From contig OX597816.1 in the NCBI GenBank assembly GCA_951406725.2, positions 63,612,001 through 63,676,000 on the forward strand: a stretch of DNA of 64,000 nt. The letters are read 5' to 3'. This document shows positions 40,075 to 53,986 of the stretch, one piece after another (the first letter of the stretch is position 1; each line of letters begins with the position of its first letter). The notes under the pieces are model-generated. The model saw only the letters and a program-made list of their open reading frames with translations. It made no database searches and was not told the DNA's origin. The position numbers were made by a program, and so were the translations under genes. The DNA is from Octopus vulgaris (Eukaryota).

Positions 40075-40830
40075 CTTTTATTTGCTTCAGGTATTAGACT
40101 GTGACTATGCCGGGGCACCATCTCGAAGAAATTTTAGTCGAATGAATCGGCACCAGTACTCTCTTTGTACTCTTTTACTTGTTTGTCATTTGACTGTGGC
40201 TATGCTGGAGCACCACCTTTAGTTGAGCAAATCGACCCCAGAACTTATTCTTTGTAAGCCTAGTACTTATTCTGTCGACTTTTTTGCCGAACCGCTAAGT
40301 TACGAGGACGTAAACACACCAGCATCGGTTGTCGAGCGTTGTTGAGGACACACACATATACATATATACGTCGGGCTTCTTTCAGCTTCTGCCTACCAAA
40401 TCCACTCACAAGGCTTTGGTCGGCGTGAGGCTATAGTAGAAGACACTTGCCCAAGGTGCCACGCAGTGGGACTGAACCCGGAACCATGTGGTTCATAAGC
40501 AAGTTACTTACCACACAGCCACTCCTACTTAGTTTTCTTTTTTTGCAAAGCCTGGTACTTATTGTGTCGGCATCATTTTCCCTTCTGTGTTTAGCCCCTT
40601 GTGGGTAGTAAAGAAATAGGTATCATTTTGCAGACCAGCTTAGGGGGATGTAAACACAATACTAGTTGTCAAGCAGTAGTGGGACACCACACATATACAC
40701 ACACACACACACACAAGATTCTTTCAGTTTCCGTCTACCAAATCTACTCACAAGACGTTTGTCGGACCGAGTTTATAGTAGGTGCTACGCAGTGGGACTG
40801 AACACGGAACCATGCAGTTTGGAAGCTATG
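40075..40830 (-). mobile_element. Young SINE A (40167-40527) nested in an older SINE A, plus an isolated SINE B tail-2 insert at about 40580-40618
   Basis: Family matches; the tail insert is flanked by GGCATCATTTT / GGTATCATTTT. Confidence 0.8.
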
Positions 40831-40864
40831 CCTACACAAGAAATAATCTGGCAAATATATTTTA

Positions 40865-41420
40865 AAGATCTTATTGTGGGAAGAAGTTGAGAAGATACTA
40901 TCCGCCGGGGTCTGGGTGGCAGCGGATCCAAGCTGCTCGATTTGAAGTTGTTGCCGGCGGCTGATTGCATTGGGTCAAAAGCTATTTTGACCCTATGGAC
41001 CCAATCAGCCGCAAGAAATCTGGTCTTCCCAGATTTTTTGATCATCGCTAGTAACAGCTCCCCCACCCCACGAAGTGTAACCTGCGCCTGGAACCCGGTC
41101 ACATAAAAACGAACTGTCCCCAGGATCAGAGTAGGGTCCTGGAGCAGTTAGTGGAAAAAACGCCGCCCTTCCTCATTCAGAGGGAGAGATGAAGACGGTC
41201 GAGGAGGTGGAAACCTCCTCGAAAAAGGGCCGAAAAAGGAAGAAGGTGGGTAACAATGGTTGCCCACCGAGGGATCCTAAGGCTACGGGAGGGAAGCAAA
41301 ATCTTCCAGACAAAACGAGGCATTGCTGGCAGTTACTAATACACTGCCAGTATGTCCCGAAACTCCGTTGGTGGGAATGTTGCCATCGACGCATAGAAAA
41401 ATTTTGTGGATTTTAATAGT
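40865..41420 (+). mobile_element. Decayed ORF1-like zinc-knuckle retroelement fragment
   Basis: GC-rich island; KCNLRLEPGHIKTNCPQ (CCHC with the second Cys lost), then EEVETSSKKGRKRKK. Confidence 0.55.
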
Positions 41421-41431
41421 GGGTTTAAGTA

Positions 41432-41645
41432 AGACGATAAGCTGGCAGAATTGTTACGGGGCCGAACAAAATACTTAGCGACATTTAGTCCGTCCTTACG
41501 TTCCGAGTTCAAATACCATCAAGGTCGCCTTTGCGTTTTATTCTTTCGAGGTCGATAAAATGGGCACTAGTTGAGTCCTAGGGATAGATGGAATCGACTT
41601 GCCCCTCCCCCAAAATTGCTGGCCTTGTGAAATTTTTGAGATCAA
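41432..41645 (+). mobile_element. SINE B (tail-1)
   Basis: Family core; flanked by TGGGTTTAAGT repeats. Confidence 0.8.
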
Positions 41646-41974
41646 TATCATGGGTTTAAGTTAACATAACTTCTAAAATGCGTTTGTCTCATACCTCTGC
41701 TGCCAGAACAGTGTTGGTGTAAGCTCTAATAATCTTGCGGTTTAGCAAAAGAGGCAAATAGAAAATGAACCAAATTTTAAAGTCTTGGGTCGATTTTCAT
41801 TTTTTTTCTTTCGACTGAACCCTCGAAGGTAATACTTCGGCTTCGCCGCAATCCAGTGACTGAAACAAGTAAAAGATAAACGGTTGCTTTTGATTGTTTT
41901 CGAAATAAGAAACTGTGTTTTTAATCCTTCGTGTAGCAACCAAGACTGGCTGGGGAAGGTTATTTGTGGATCAG

Positions 41975-42280
41975 GTTTGTTGTTTCTTCTTGAGTCACGC
42001 CTGGCTGATAAGGACCGGTTTCTCGGTTTCCTTGGAGTATAGGTTCCCCACCTGGACGGGACACCAGTCGTCGCAGGTGAGCTGCAAGATGCAGGACGAA
42101 AAAGTGAGAGAAAGTTGTGGCGAAAGAGTCAGCTGAAGTTCGCCATTACCTTTTGCCAGAGTCGAGTGGAACTTAAGTGCTTTCACTCATAAACACATAC
42201 ATCGCCCGGTCTGAGATTCGAACCCGCGTTCCCTTGACCGCGAGTCCGCTGCTCTAACTACTAGGCCATGTGCCTTCACC
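41975..42280 (-). mobile_element. SINE with C-like head and D-like tail
   Basis: Head TGGCCTAGTAGTTAGAGCAGCGGACTCGCGGTC...GGTTCGAATC; tail CTGCGACGACTGGTGTCCCGTCCAGG. Confidence 0.8.
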
Positions 42281-43140
42281 GTGGAGTAGGTAATTCACCA
42301 GTGTTCTTGCAAAAGATCGAACACCGCTAACGGCATTCAGAGTCCAGGTGTCATTATGTTACGGGTTCGACGAATTGAGACTGTTACCTCCCACAGCATT
42401 TCCAGATAGTTGACTCTCAGATCTGACGTCCAACGTTTCAGACTCGAGGTTACGGCAGAAGACAAGTTGCCTCATATGCCGCGTAGGGAAATCAAACTTG
42501 AAGCCTGTAGTTGTACAACGAACATCATAGACCACATAGCTATATGCCTATTACGACCATTTACACTCGTTCGTGTTGAACGTGTTAAAAAACCTAGTCA
42601 ACTTAAAATTAAACTTGAAACTTTTTGATGTATAAAGTGCAACACAAGAAGAAAAATAACCAAAATATCAAATATCAGGAAGCCTAAGCAATTTCTGATA
42701 AGCAGTAGTATAATTACCTACTGCTTCTCAGTTGTATTACAGTAGCATATATAGAGCTTCTTGGATGGATTTATTCGTTTTATTATTGAGCAATTGTTGT
42801 TATTGTTGCATGTTTTTCATTTAATGCCATTCTGCTATTGTTATTTTAGTCTGGTAGCTGTTATTGTTTTCATGAAAAGTTCATATGATCGTAGTTAGTG
42901 TTGACGTAATTTTTCTTCATCGCTATCGTATTTGTGTTTTCACTGTTATTTTTTTTCCCCCACCTGTCAAATGAGTTCTGTAATGCTGCGATAAAAAAAA
43001 ATGTTAATCTATCATAGGATGTGTTCTGATTATTCAACTAAGTCATTTGCTGTTGACGTAAGTTATTTAAGATACAATACGACAAACTTCCAAAGAAACC
43101 ACAAACAATTTGTGTTTTTTTTAAAAAATAGTATCATTTA

Positions 43141-43293
43141 CCTATTTCTTTATTACCCACAAGGGGCTAAACATAGAAGGGGACAAACAAGGACACAGAC
43201 ATAGGTATTAAGTCGATTACATCGACCCCAGTGCGTAACTGGTACTTCATTTATCGACCCCGAAAGGATGAAAGGCAAAGTCGACCTCGGCCT
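43141..43293 (-). mobile_element. 5'-truncated SINE B (tail-2)
   Basis: TATTTCTTTATTACCCACAAGGGGCTAAAC...GTCGACCTCGG. Confidence 0.85.
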
Positions 43294-43980
43294 TTCATCT
43301 TCAATTACCGTAGTGAAATTTTGAAGTGGGGCAAAAGTCAACTAACCAACCAACCACCCAACCGATCGATCTGAAAATGCATTTGTTTTAAGGGCTGAAG
43401 TGGGTAAACCCTCTAAAGGGGATGTGAGGTTTAAAAAGGAGCAGAGATTTGTCATGTTTCAAGTAACATAGTTCCTCAGTTTTAAACATGTCCTGAACAC
43501 GGAGGAAAGAAGAATTACATGAATGCAATCTCTGTTTGTTAAAGAAGTGGAAAGCGGTGAGTTGGCACAATCATGAATATCGGGGAAAAAAAAAATTCTT
43601 GCTGCATTTTTTGTAGATCTTAATGTTCTGAGTTCATATCTCGCAGAGTTCAACTTTTTTTGTATCTCTTCGGTGTCAAAAAAATGGACTACGTAAGTAA
43701 TGGAATCGATATAATCAATTATCTTCATTCCCTCAAATTTCTTGGCTATATGCCTAAAGTAGAAACCCTAATTAAGGTGTGGTTTCACATTTTTGAGGAT
43801 GGAATGGGGGCTTGGTATTTGTTAGTTTAGTAACAGCTGTACTAACAAAACATCTCCGGCGTAACGCAGTGGATTTCTCAATGCTTAGATAATCTCAAGG
43901 GTATTATACCAATGTATTTGCGTCCCGAATCCCAGCAGAATTTGTTTAATTACCAGTTACTTTGCCTCTACACTTAATAT

Positions 43981-44880
43981 TCTTTTCTACTCAAGGCACG
44001 AAATTTTGGGGGAGGGTGCCAGTCGATTAGATCGAACCCAATAGGCAATTAGTACTTAGTTTATCGATCCCGAAAGGATGAAAGGCAAAGTCGACCTCAG
44101 CGGAATTTGAACTCATAAATACTGAACCCAGACAGACGAAATACCTATTTCTTTACTACCTACAAACGGTTACAAACAGAGGGGACAAACAAGGACAGAC
44201 AAATGGATTAAGTCCATTATATCGACCCCAGTGCGTAACTGGTACTTATTTAATCGACCCCGAAAGAATGAAAGGCAAAGTCGCCCTCGACGGAATTTGA
44301 ACTCAGAACGTAACGGCAGACGAAATACGGCTACGCATTTCGCCCGGCGTCCTAACGTTTCTGCTGGCTCGCCGCCTTTCTCTATACTTAATATTGCAAA
44401 TATTTGAGGCGGTAAACTGGCAAGAAAGTTACAGGCTAGGTATAACGCTTAGCGGCATTTAATCCGTCCTTCTGACTTCAAAACCCACCGAAGTTTACTT
44501 TGCCCTTCATACGTTCGGGTTCGATAAAATAAGTACCAGTTGAACACTGGGGTCCGTAAATTGGGTAGCAATCAAGCGCCGGGCTTGATGTAATTGACTT
44601 CTTTCTCGAACGTGCTGACCTTCTGCCAAAATTTGCAATCAATATCCAAGTATTTATTATTTATTTTAATTAAAAGGCGATGAGTTGGCAGAATCATGTG
44701 TCGAGAAAAGGCTTAGTGGCGTTTCTTTCAGTTCTGAGTTAAAATTCCACCCAGATGGACTTGATCTTTGATCCTTTTTTGGTCGATGAGATAAATACCA
44801 GTTGACTATTGTGGTCGACGCAATCGACTCACCCATCACCCTAAAATTGCTGGCCTTGTATCAAAATTTCAGATCATTAT
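43981..44880. mobile_element. SINE B cluster: minus-strand composite 43981-44378 with TSD, then two plus-strand old copies
   Basis: TSD CTCTAYACTTAATAT at 43966-43980 and 44380-44394. Confidence 0.8.
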
Positions 44881-44926
44881 TTCTAACTAAGGAATACCGT
44901 TACAAATCGCTAGAGAAAAAATACTC

Positions 44927-45090
44927 GGATCTTTTCCTTTTCATGGGCAGTTCGATTAATTAATTTTCTTTAACTAAACACTTTGAAACTTCGTATACCG
45001 GTAGAATGTGTCATATAGAACATCTTTTACTCTTAGCGTTGTTGAGAAAAAGTTTGTATTTTCGAAGATATTTCGTGTTAATGTTGTCGT
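44927..45090. mobile_element. One end of a MITE related to the element at 55639-56048
   Basis: GGATCTTTTC.....GGCAGTT...TAAACACTTT.AAACTT.GTA.AC.GGTAGAATGTGT aligns by eye with the reverse complement of 55900-56048. Confidence 0.7.
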
Positions 45091-45194
45091 ATTTCGAGGC
45101 ACATGTGAAATTTTTCTCCTTGCTGGAATGTGATATTTTTCTCCTTCCTGGAATGTGAATTCCAAGTTAGGTATGGACATGTACCACAATTATG

Positions 45195-46790
45195 TCGTCT
45201 ATATTTTTTTAGCTGTTGGTATCGTATGTGTTGAGTAGTTTTTGCATTTGTTAGGAGCCACTTGAGTTATTTGGGTTGTCTTTTGCATTTGAGTATGTAT
45301 TCAGAATGTTGTTTATTTTCGGGTCTTGAGTGAGCAGAGGGAGATTTTGTATAATTATGTTGTATGCTTCATTGTTTCTGGGGTTGTGGGTTGAGATGTA
45401 TGGGAGTGATTGAAAGTGAGGTGCAGTGTTTTGTTTTGTTGTCCTTAATGTGTCTGCGTTCAATATTTTAACACGTTTCACTCCACGGTCCGTAAGTCCG
45501 GGTGGATATTGACGTTCTTGCTAGATTGAATGGGATATTTATCTTAGTGTGTTTAAAATGGCATGAGCTGAAAAGAAGATACTGTTTTGTGCCTGTTGGT
45601 TTGTGGTAGATGTCAGTTGCAATCTGGTTGTTGGATTTTTAATAATCAAAATGTCCTGAAATGGAAGCTGTTCATTGCTATATTCCATTGTAAACTGAAT
45701 ATTGGAGTTTATATTGTTCAGTGTAGATTTGAAGTCCAGACGTTTGTCATAGGTTTAATTCCAGATGATAGAACAATCGTATCGTCTAGGTACCTTTTCC
45801 AGTTTTCTCTTATATACTGGTGGAATGGGGGTCCAAATTTTTGGAGCAAAAATCCATATAGAGTAGATTCAAAGAAATCCATTCGCAAGGACAGGCGCTG
45901 CTTTTGTTCCCATCGCAATACTGTGCTTTTAGCGTTAGTATGTTTCATCGAATAGGAAGTAATTATTTTGTAGGATGAACTTCAGAGATTCAATGACAAA
46001 AACATGGCTTATGCGGTCCGGGAGAACTTAGGGGTATTTTTCTAACCAAAATTGTATTGCCTCTATTCCGTAGTTATGTGGAATGTTGGTGTAGAGGTTG
46101 ATGACATCGAAGGAGACTAATAGTGCTTCTTCGTTGGTGGTTTTTGGTAGATACTCTAGCATGTTCAGATCGTCTGTAATGAAACTCTTAATGTATCTGA
46201 GGAAAGGTTCCAATAGCATGTCCAAAAAATTGCTCAGGTAGTGTGTTTCACAGGCTGGGCCCACTACAATCGGCCTTAATTTTAAGTCTTCTCGTGTTGG
46301 GATATTTATGTATAGACCTGGATTTGATTCACAGGCATTGGTAATTATTTGACTCATGTGGATTTTGGTGAGGCCATAGAAAAGGCTTGGTTTGCATTTA
46401 AAGTTTGTGATATAGTCTTTTTCAGTGAGGACTTTTCCATGTTTGAGTATTAAAGTTGCAAGATTTTTTAATGTTTTTTGCTGTCTATAATTTGCAACTT
46501 TTTCATAAAAGGAGTCATTTTCTAGTATGGACAATGCTAGGTTTTTACAGTATTCTGTGTCCATCAGGACTACAACGCTACCTTTGCTTCTTTGATTGTC
46601 AGGTCTTTGTCGATTTTTAGTTGCAGTAGGTGCTTCTATTGTGGGTTGTTGAACATCGTCTAGTGTTTTATTCCTTACTTTGGGTGGTAGATAATTACTT
46701 TTCTTTTTCACATCGTTGTCGTAGTTGGTTAGTGCTTCTGTTAATTGACCTGTTCTCTGACAAAATTCCGTGATGCATCTCATAAATAGA
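45195..46790 (-). mobile_element. Penelope-like element reverse transcriptase, pseudogenised
   Basis: LRPIVVGPACET, LVSFDVINLYTNIPH, WKRYLDD and LPYISTHNPRN across several broken frames. Confidence 0.9.
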
Positions 46791-47179
46791 AATTAAATTA
46801 AAAAGTAAAATATAACCGCCTCCCTGGGCCAAGTAGTTGTGTCAAACTAGTGGGTGGATTAAGTCTACCATCGCAGAAGACAAGCCTGTTATAGACTCAG
46901 TTTCGATTCTTGGTAGCACCCGCTTCCTTTATTTCAATAATGCATTCCTAACATGAAATTCGCAGAGCCGTATGCAATGTTGGACCGAAACTCCTGTAGT
47001 ATTTATTCTTTCTGCGATCTGCTTTCAAATCCCACCGTGGGCAAATTTGTCTTTGATTGTTTCGAGATCGATAAAAGGTATCAGGGCGGTGGATTGACAG
47101 AGCTGTTACAGGCTCTAGTAAGATACCCTGCGGAAATTACGGTTGGTGTTTGTTTGTTGAGTGAAGTGGTCTTGGTCCC

Positions 47180-47541
47180 AGAGCTCATAAGATCGCACCT
47201 CTGTAGTGGGAGAAGTCCGAAACGTGGTCATTTGCTATTCGTAAAACCCGTAGAAGAGAAAGCAGGTCAACCCCCGATACCAAGAGCATCGATGGATGGA
47301 TGAATGCGCATCCAGACTCAGCGGTTGCGTAGGAAGTCGGCGACAAGAAACAGGAAGAAAGAGTGAGAGAAAGTTGGAGCGAAAGAGTACAACAGGGGTC
47401 GCCACTACCTCCTGCTGGAGCCTCGCGGAGCTTTAGGTGTTTTCGCTCAATAAACAAACACAACGCCCGGTCTGGGAATCGAAACTGCGATCCTCCGACC
47501 GCGAGCCCGCTGCTCTAACCATTGGGCCATTGCGTCTCCAC
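47180..47541 (-). mobile_element. SINE, family C head with a third tail type
   Basis: Head and body match 4395-4587 and 26844-27035; the tail is unrelated to either. Confidence 0.82.
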
Positions 47542-47796
47542 TTGTGGTTGGTGTTGGTCTTGGCGTTTCGACAGCGACGTCATTGGTGCCATTTCTTTGG
47601 ATAAACATCGTTGGCGTAGAAAAGCGTGACTTACATGCACAAGCAAATGCAAGTCTTTATGAAAACATGTTGCTCAGGTCTGCGTTTATATGTACAGGGG
47701 TTTGGTCATCCTCGATTGACGAAGATCCCTATATGTATATGTGTGTCTGTCTGTCTCTGTATGTCTGTCTGTCTGTCTGTCTTAATGACTATCTGT

Positions 47797-48107
47797 CTGT
47801 CTGACTATCTATCTGACCGTCTGTCTGTCTGACTATCTATCTGACCGTCTGTCTGTCTGACTATCTATCTGACCGTCCGTCGGTCTGACTATCTATCTGA
47901 CCGTCTGTCGTCTGACTATCTATCTGACCGTCTGTCGGTCTGACTATCTATCTGACCGTCTGTCTGTCTGACTATCTATCTGACCGTCTGTCTGTCTGAC
48001 TATCTATCTGACCGTCTGTCTGTCTGACTATATATCTGACCGTCTGTCTGTCTGACTATCTATCTGACCGTCTGTCGGTCTGACTATCTATCTGACCGCC
48101 TGTCGGT
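47797..48107. repeat. About 28-bp higher-order repeat (CTGACTATCTATCTGACCGTCTGTCTGT), about 11 copies
   Basis: Directly visible; built from tetranucleotide subunits. Confidence 0.9.
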
Positions 48108-48606
48108 CAATCTGTCTGTCTGTCTGTCTGTCTGTCCGTCCCTCCCTCCCTCCCTCCCTCCCTCTCTCTATTTATCTATTTGTATCCATATATGAGAAAG
48201 CATAAAGGTTACAACAATCATTCTGTTTTCATATATTAGCAAATGTCAACTATCGCTATCCATTAACAATATTACACATATACGTGTGTGTGTGTGTGTG
48301 TGTGTGTGTGTAGCCTTATACCCTTTACAGGTATGGCATACAACTATACATTTCCGGAGGAGTGAAAGGCGATTCCACTAACCTCATTACTTTATTGGTA
48401 GCTTAATTCTTCTACTCTGTTCTATGACGGCTGAAAGTCGAAAGGAAGTCTGGTGGAAGATGGACGCAAAGAGACGCAACGAAATACCACGTGGTATGGT
48501 GTCCTTCACTTCTGCCTATTCTAACAGTTTACCTGTTTCCTTAATTTTCATCGTCGTAGAAAATATAGAGAAGTAATGGCACTGGGTATTATGAGGGTAA
48601 AGGAAA

Positions 48607-48925
48607 TCATCATCATCATCATCATCAGAAGCAGTAGCAGCTATAGCACCACTACCACCACCGCCATCATCACCATCATCACGACGACGACGACCACCAA
48701 CACCAAATCCACCACCACCACCACCACCACCATCGTCATCACGCCCACAGACCCCACCCCGCCCCATCATCATCATCATCATCGCCACCACCAACACCAC
48801 CACCGTCGTCATCACCGCCACCACCACCGTCGTCATCACGCCCACCCAACGCCACCCCATCATCATCATCGCCACCACCACCACCACCACCACCACCACC
48901 ACCACCAGTAGCAGCAGCAGCATCA
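48607..48925. repeat. Compound trinucleotide tract (CAT/CAC/CAG)n
   Basis: Directly visible. Confidence 0.9.
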
Positions 48926-49073
48926 GAGTATCTTCTTCATACGATGTTAATGTATATACAGTCACTTGTTTATCATTTTTATCGTTTCCGTTTGAGTTCG
49001 CAATTTACTGCAGTGTGCGTGCGTGTGTGTATGCATGCATGCTTGTATGTATGTGTGTATGTATGTATGTATG

Positions 49074-49113
<40 letters not shown>

Positions 49114-49546
49114 ATCGTGCTCAGCTTACGACTGACTATTAACGTCAATCCAGGCACTGACGAGATGAGGCCATATGGTGATTATATTAAACGTATCTCA
49201 GGTGATTTTGGGCTGTTTCCGTATCTAAACAATTTAGATACGGGATAATTCGAGGTAATTAGTAATGTTTGAAGTACACCAAATGAATCCAGTGCAAAGC
49301 TCATCTTGGAAAACTAAACAAAAACAACAAAAAATTGCCCTGCTTCGTACATACGTAAGTAGATGCATACAAAAAAATGAAAGACATGCATGTGTATGAG
49401 TGTATGCGAATTTAATCGTAATTATACATACACATACATATATATGTGTGTGTGTGTATATATATATATATATTATGTATATAGCGTGTGAATGATATAT
49501 GATGTATATAGTGTGTAAATAATATATATGCACACTCACACATGCT

Positions 49547-49953
49547 TTTACTCTTTTACTTGTTTCGGGCTTTTGGCTGTGGCCATGCAGGAGCACCGCC
49601 TTTTAGTCGAGCAAATCGCCCCCAGGACTTATTCTTTGTAAGCCTAGTACTTATTCTATCGGACTCTATTGCCGAACCGCTAAGCTACGGGGACGTAAAC
49701 ACACCAGCATCGGTTGTCAAGTGATGTTGGAGGGACAAACACAGACACACAAACATACAAACATACACATACATATATTTACATATATATACATATATAC
49801 AACGGGCTTCCTTCAGTTTGCGTCTACCAAATCCTCTCACAAGTTTTTGGTCGGCTCGAGGCCATAGTAGAAGACAGTTGCCCAAGTTGCCATGCAGTGT
49901 GAATGAACCCGGAACTATGTTGTTGGTAAGCAAGCTACTTACTACACAGCTCA
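49547..49953 (-). mobile_element. SINE family A
   Basis: Family match. Confidence 0.88.
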
Positions 49954-49961
49954 CAAACTTG

Positions 49962-50240
49962 AAGGTATATGCCTAAGTGAGGTTGTGAATAGGACTTCCG
50001 GACTGAGCTGCCTGTTGTTTTTCTTGAGAAAGACACTTTATTACCTGCTGCTCCAGTTCACTCAGGAGTAGAAATCTGCTGCAATGTCATCACTGGTGCC
50101 AAGCTGTATCGGCCCCTTTGCCTTTCCCTTGGATAACATTGGTGATGTGGAGAGGGCTAGCTGGCATGCATGCGCGACCGCCGGTCTTCCATAAGCAACA
50201 TTGCTCGGATTGAGAGTCGAAGGGGAATTTCTAGGTGTAA
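49962..50240 (+). mobile_element. Diverged SINE with D-like central segment
   Basis: TTCTTGAGAAAGACACTTTATT..GCTCCAGTTCACTCAG matches 6437-6481. Confidence 0.55.
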
Positions 50241-51104
50241 TCGGTTGCTCTCTACCTTTTTAAATTATATGTACGTTCGTGTATGCATACATATATACAT
50301 ACATACATAATACATACATGCATACATACATACATATAATATAATATAATATAATATAATATACATATTTGTACATACCTACATATATATATATATATGC
50401 ATATATGGGTACATGATATCAAAAAACGTTGAACACAATGGGAAACGAAGACATAATAACAAAAACATAGAAACGAGACATGCAACAAAAATAATATTCC
50501 CCATCTTCATATATATATACATGCATACGCACACATATATAAACTCAGACACATGTACACATATGATTAAAAGTATCAAATTAGTCTCAATATAATAATG
50601 TAACTTTATCTAAACTTAGTTTCGTATTTTCCATAGCATGTTGACATTAATGGCTAAAGATAGCCACCCGGTCTCTCTTTTATTACCTTAAGAAAAATAT
50701 ATCTAGATTTGATAATGTTCTCCGAGTTGTCTTATGTCGAGAAAGAAAGAGGCAGAAACACAAAACGTCGTGATGATCACGGTGGGAAGTACTTTTATCA
50801 TAGGTTTTCTCTATCAGAGCTGTCAACAACAATAATAACAATCTCACGACTATAACAGGATTATATGTTATCGATATGGAAGTAAGTGATGCATTGGTTT
50901 GACTGTTATGCTCGCGTCCAACTTGTTGGAAGTTCGATTCGTGTGTCATACAACCAAGCATTAAACTTCAGTCAACTGCAACCGAATATCAGTCGGGTGC
51001 TGGTTCAGTTCAGTCTCACCCAGTTGTTACATCCTTGACGGTCTGCCGAGTCAGGAGTGGAAGTGCCACGTGGGTATTAATCGCACAAATTACATTTAGT
51101 GTAT

Positions 51105-51227
51105 ACCTCGTGGAGCTTTAGGTGTTTTCACTCAATAAATACACACACAACGCTCGGTCTAGGAATCGAAACCACGATCCTATGACAGCGAGTCCGCTGC
51201 CCATCCACTGAGCTATTGCGTCTCCAC
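51105..51227 (-). mobile_element. SINE family C head fragment
   Basis: GGAATCGAAACCACGATCCTATGAC.GCGAGTCCGCTGCCC. Confidence 0.8.
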
Positions 51228-51503
51228 GTGGGATACATACATACATACATACATACACACACAGACACACATAGATGTAGATATATATAGGCATATGTAT
51301 TATATATATGTATATATGTGCGTGTGTGTATATATATATGTATATATATGTGTGTGTGTATGTATGTATGCATATATATATGTGTGTGTGTATCTGTCTA
51401 TCTATATATATATATGTATATCTACATGTATATATATATATGCATATATGTATATACGGATATATAGATATATATGTATGTATATGTAATCATTATCTGT
51501 GTT

Positions 51504-51539
<36 letters not shown>

Positions 51540-51670
51540 TGTATGTATAATTATGTATGTATACATAATATGAATGTATTAGTGGTACGTGTGTTTGTGC
51601 TTACGTCCCCACCGTAGCTTAGCGGTTCAGCACTAGACTGGATAGTGTAAGTAGTACCCCAAATAAATAT

Positions 51671-52046
51671 AGACGCAGGAGTGGCTGTGTGGCAAGAAGC
51701 TTACTTCCCAACCTCATGATTCCGGGTTCAGTCCCACTGCGTGGTACCTTGATCAAGTGTTTTCTACTTTAGCCTCGGGCCGACCAAAGCCTTGTGAGTG
51801 GATTTTGTAGACGGAAACTGAAAGAAGACCGTCGTATATGTATGTATATGTGAGTCTGTGTTTGTCCCCACCACATCGCTTGCCAACCAATGTCGGTGTG
51901 TTTACGTCACCGTAAATTAGCGGTTCGGCAAAAGAGACCGATGGAATAAGTACTCGGCTTACAAAGAACAACTCCTAGGGTCGATTAGTTCGACTAAAGG
52001 CCGCACTCCCGCATGGCCGCGGTCAAATGACTGAATCAAGTAAAAG
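51671..52046 (+). mobile_element. SINE family A, nested in an older copy
   Basis: Family match; older 3' pieces at 51590-51660 and 52050-52130. Confidence 0.85.
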
Positions 52047-52524
52047 GTATGTCCTGGGTCGATTCGATCGATAAAAATTCTTCAAGGCGGTGACCCAGTA
52101 TGGCCGCAGTCTACCGCCTGAAACAATTAATAAATGAAAAGAGAAATAAAACCTGAAATAATCATTAACGAACGTTGCGTAATTTGATACAAATCTCTAA
52201 TGTGAATCACGTTTTGCAAGGTAAAGAATGTGCGAATCTGCTCAATCTTTAAAGTCAGGTCAGCTGTGTTTTTTTAATCTAATTTAAATGACACCGGAAA
52301 TTGCTGTTCTTATCACTCTTTTATCTCTGAGATTACTATCTAAGGTACACACCTGTTTAACGTAATGCATTAGCAGCATTGCTTAGTTACCATTTTGAAG
52401 GTTTTGCTGACTTGTAAACACTGCAGATTCTTATATTATAAAGTAGCGGCAAAAGACAGCAGAAACAGGTTCGCGCGCACGCACGCATACACACACACAC
52501 ACGTACGCACGTATATATCGTTGA

Positions 52525-52715
52525 TCTTTTATTTATTTGACTAAGGCCATGCTGGGGCACCGCCTTGAAGAATCTTTAGTCGAAAGATCGACCTCCATTA
52601 TTATTGTATTCAAAACCTGGCCCTTTTTTATCCCTTTTTTGCTGAACCGCTAAGTTACGATGATGTAAAAACTCCGACACCGGTTGTCAAGCGGTGATGG
52701 GGAACAAATAAACAC

Positions 52716-52751
<36 letters not shown>

Positions 52752-52896
52752 GCGATGGGTTGCTTTCAGTTTCTGTTCACACGGCTTTGGTCGACCCGAA
52801 GCTCTAGTGAAAGACACTTGCCAAAGTTGCCATGCAGTGGGACAGAACCCGAAACCATAGGGTTGGGAAGCAAGACTCTTACCGAACAGCCACGCG
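52525..52896 (-). mobile_element. Older SINE family A copy
   Basis: Diverged family match. Confidence 0.75.
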
Positions 52897-53227
52897 GTCA
52901 CACATACGTAGAGTATGTGTTTTGTTAATACGCCAAATTTGCAACAGGACAGCCTCCAGAGATATTTCGGGCTCGATGCCGAGTGTTGAACATCTAGATG
53001 TCAAAGACGAGGCCAAGCACCTCCCGTCTCCTTGGAATCATCGAGAATGGTAGATACCAATATTTCTCCATGATTGTGGTCTACCAATACATTGTACTCG
53101 GATCATTTCAAAACGAAGTGAATCACTGGTCTGTGTCTTGTATGCAAATAGAGTGAAGTCTATTTCATGAAGTACTGCGGCGAGGCGCATGTAGTAGGAA
53201 ATAGAATTACAAATTACAAACAGGTCT

Positions 53228-53604
53228 TACTCTTTTACTAGTTTCAGTCATTTAACTGCGACCATGCTGGAGCACCGCCTTTAGTCGAGGAACTTTGTAA
53301 GCCGAGTACTTATTCTATCGGTCTCTTTTGTCGAACCGCTAAGTTACGGGGACGTAAACACACCAGCATCGGTTGTCAGGCGATGTTGGGGGGGGGGACA
53401 AACAAGGACACACAAGCTCACACACATATATATACATATATACGACGGGATTCTCTTAGTTTCCGTCAACCAAATCCACTCACAAGGCTTTGGTCGGCTC
53501 GAGGCTATAGTAGAAGAAACTTGACCAAGCTTCCACGTAGTGGGACTGAACCCAGAACCATGTGGATGGTAAGCAAGCTACTTGCCACACAGCCACTTCT
53601 GCGT
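53228..53604 (-). mobile_element. SINE family A
   Basis: Family match. Confidence 0.88.
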
Positions 53605-53986
53605 CTAGTAACGTAAACATTATCGGTCGCATATACAAGGATTATGTGTTTTTTTTTTATACACCAAACCTGCTACGGCATAGCGTCTGGGATAGTTCCC
53701 TACAGGATGCCGAATGCTAAACAACACCTGAATGTCACAGACCAGGTGAAAGAACTCACCTCAGAATTATCGAGAACGGTAGTTACTGATATTGCTTATA
53801 TCGTGACCAGTAGCGCAGCTAGGGGTGGGGTGGGGGCGATCCACCGCGTGCAGCACTTTTCATCCTGTTGTAGGCTATTACTGTAGGTAATATGTGCTTT
53901 TTGTGGGGTCCAGAGGTTGCTATGCCGTGAGACATCAGCATAAATGTTTGCAGCAAAACCAGTTCATTTTTATCCAGAAAAGATTA

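Noticed and set aside
48516-48965. His-rich or Gly/Val-rich protein ORFs
   Set aside because: Compound trinucleotide microsatellite with no unique coding flank or clear splice sites.
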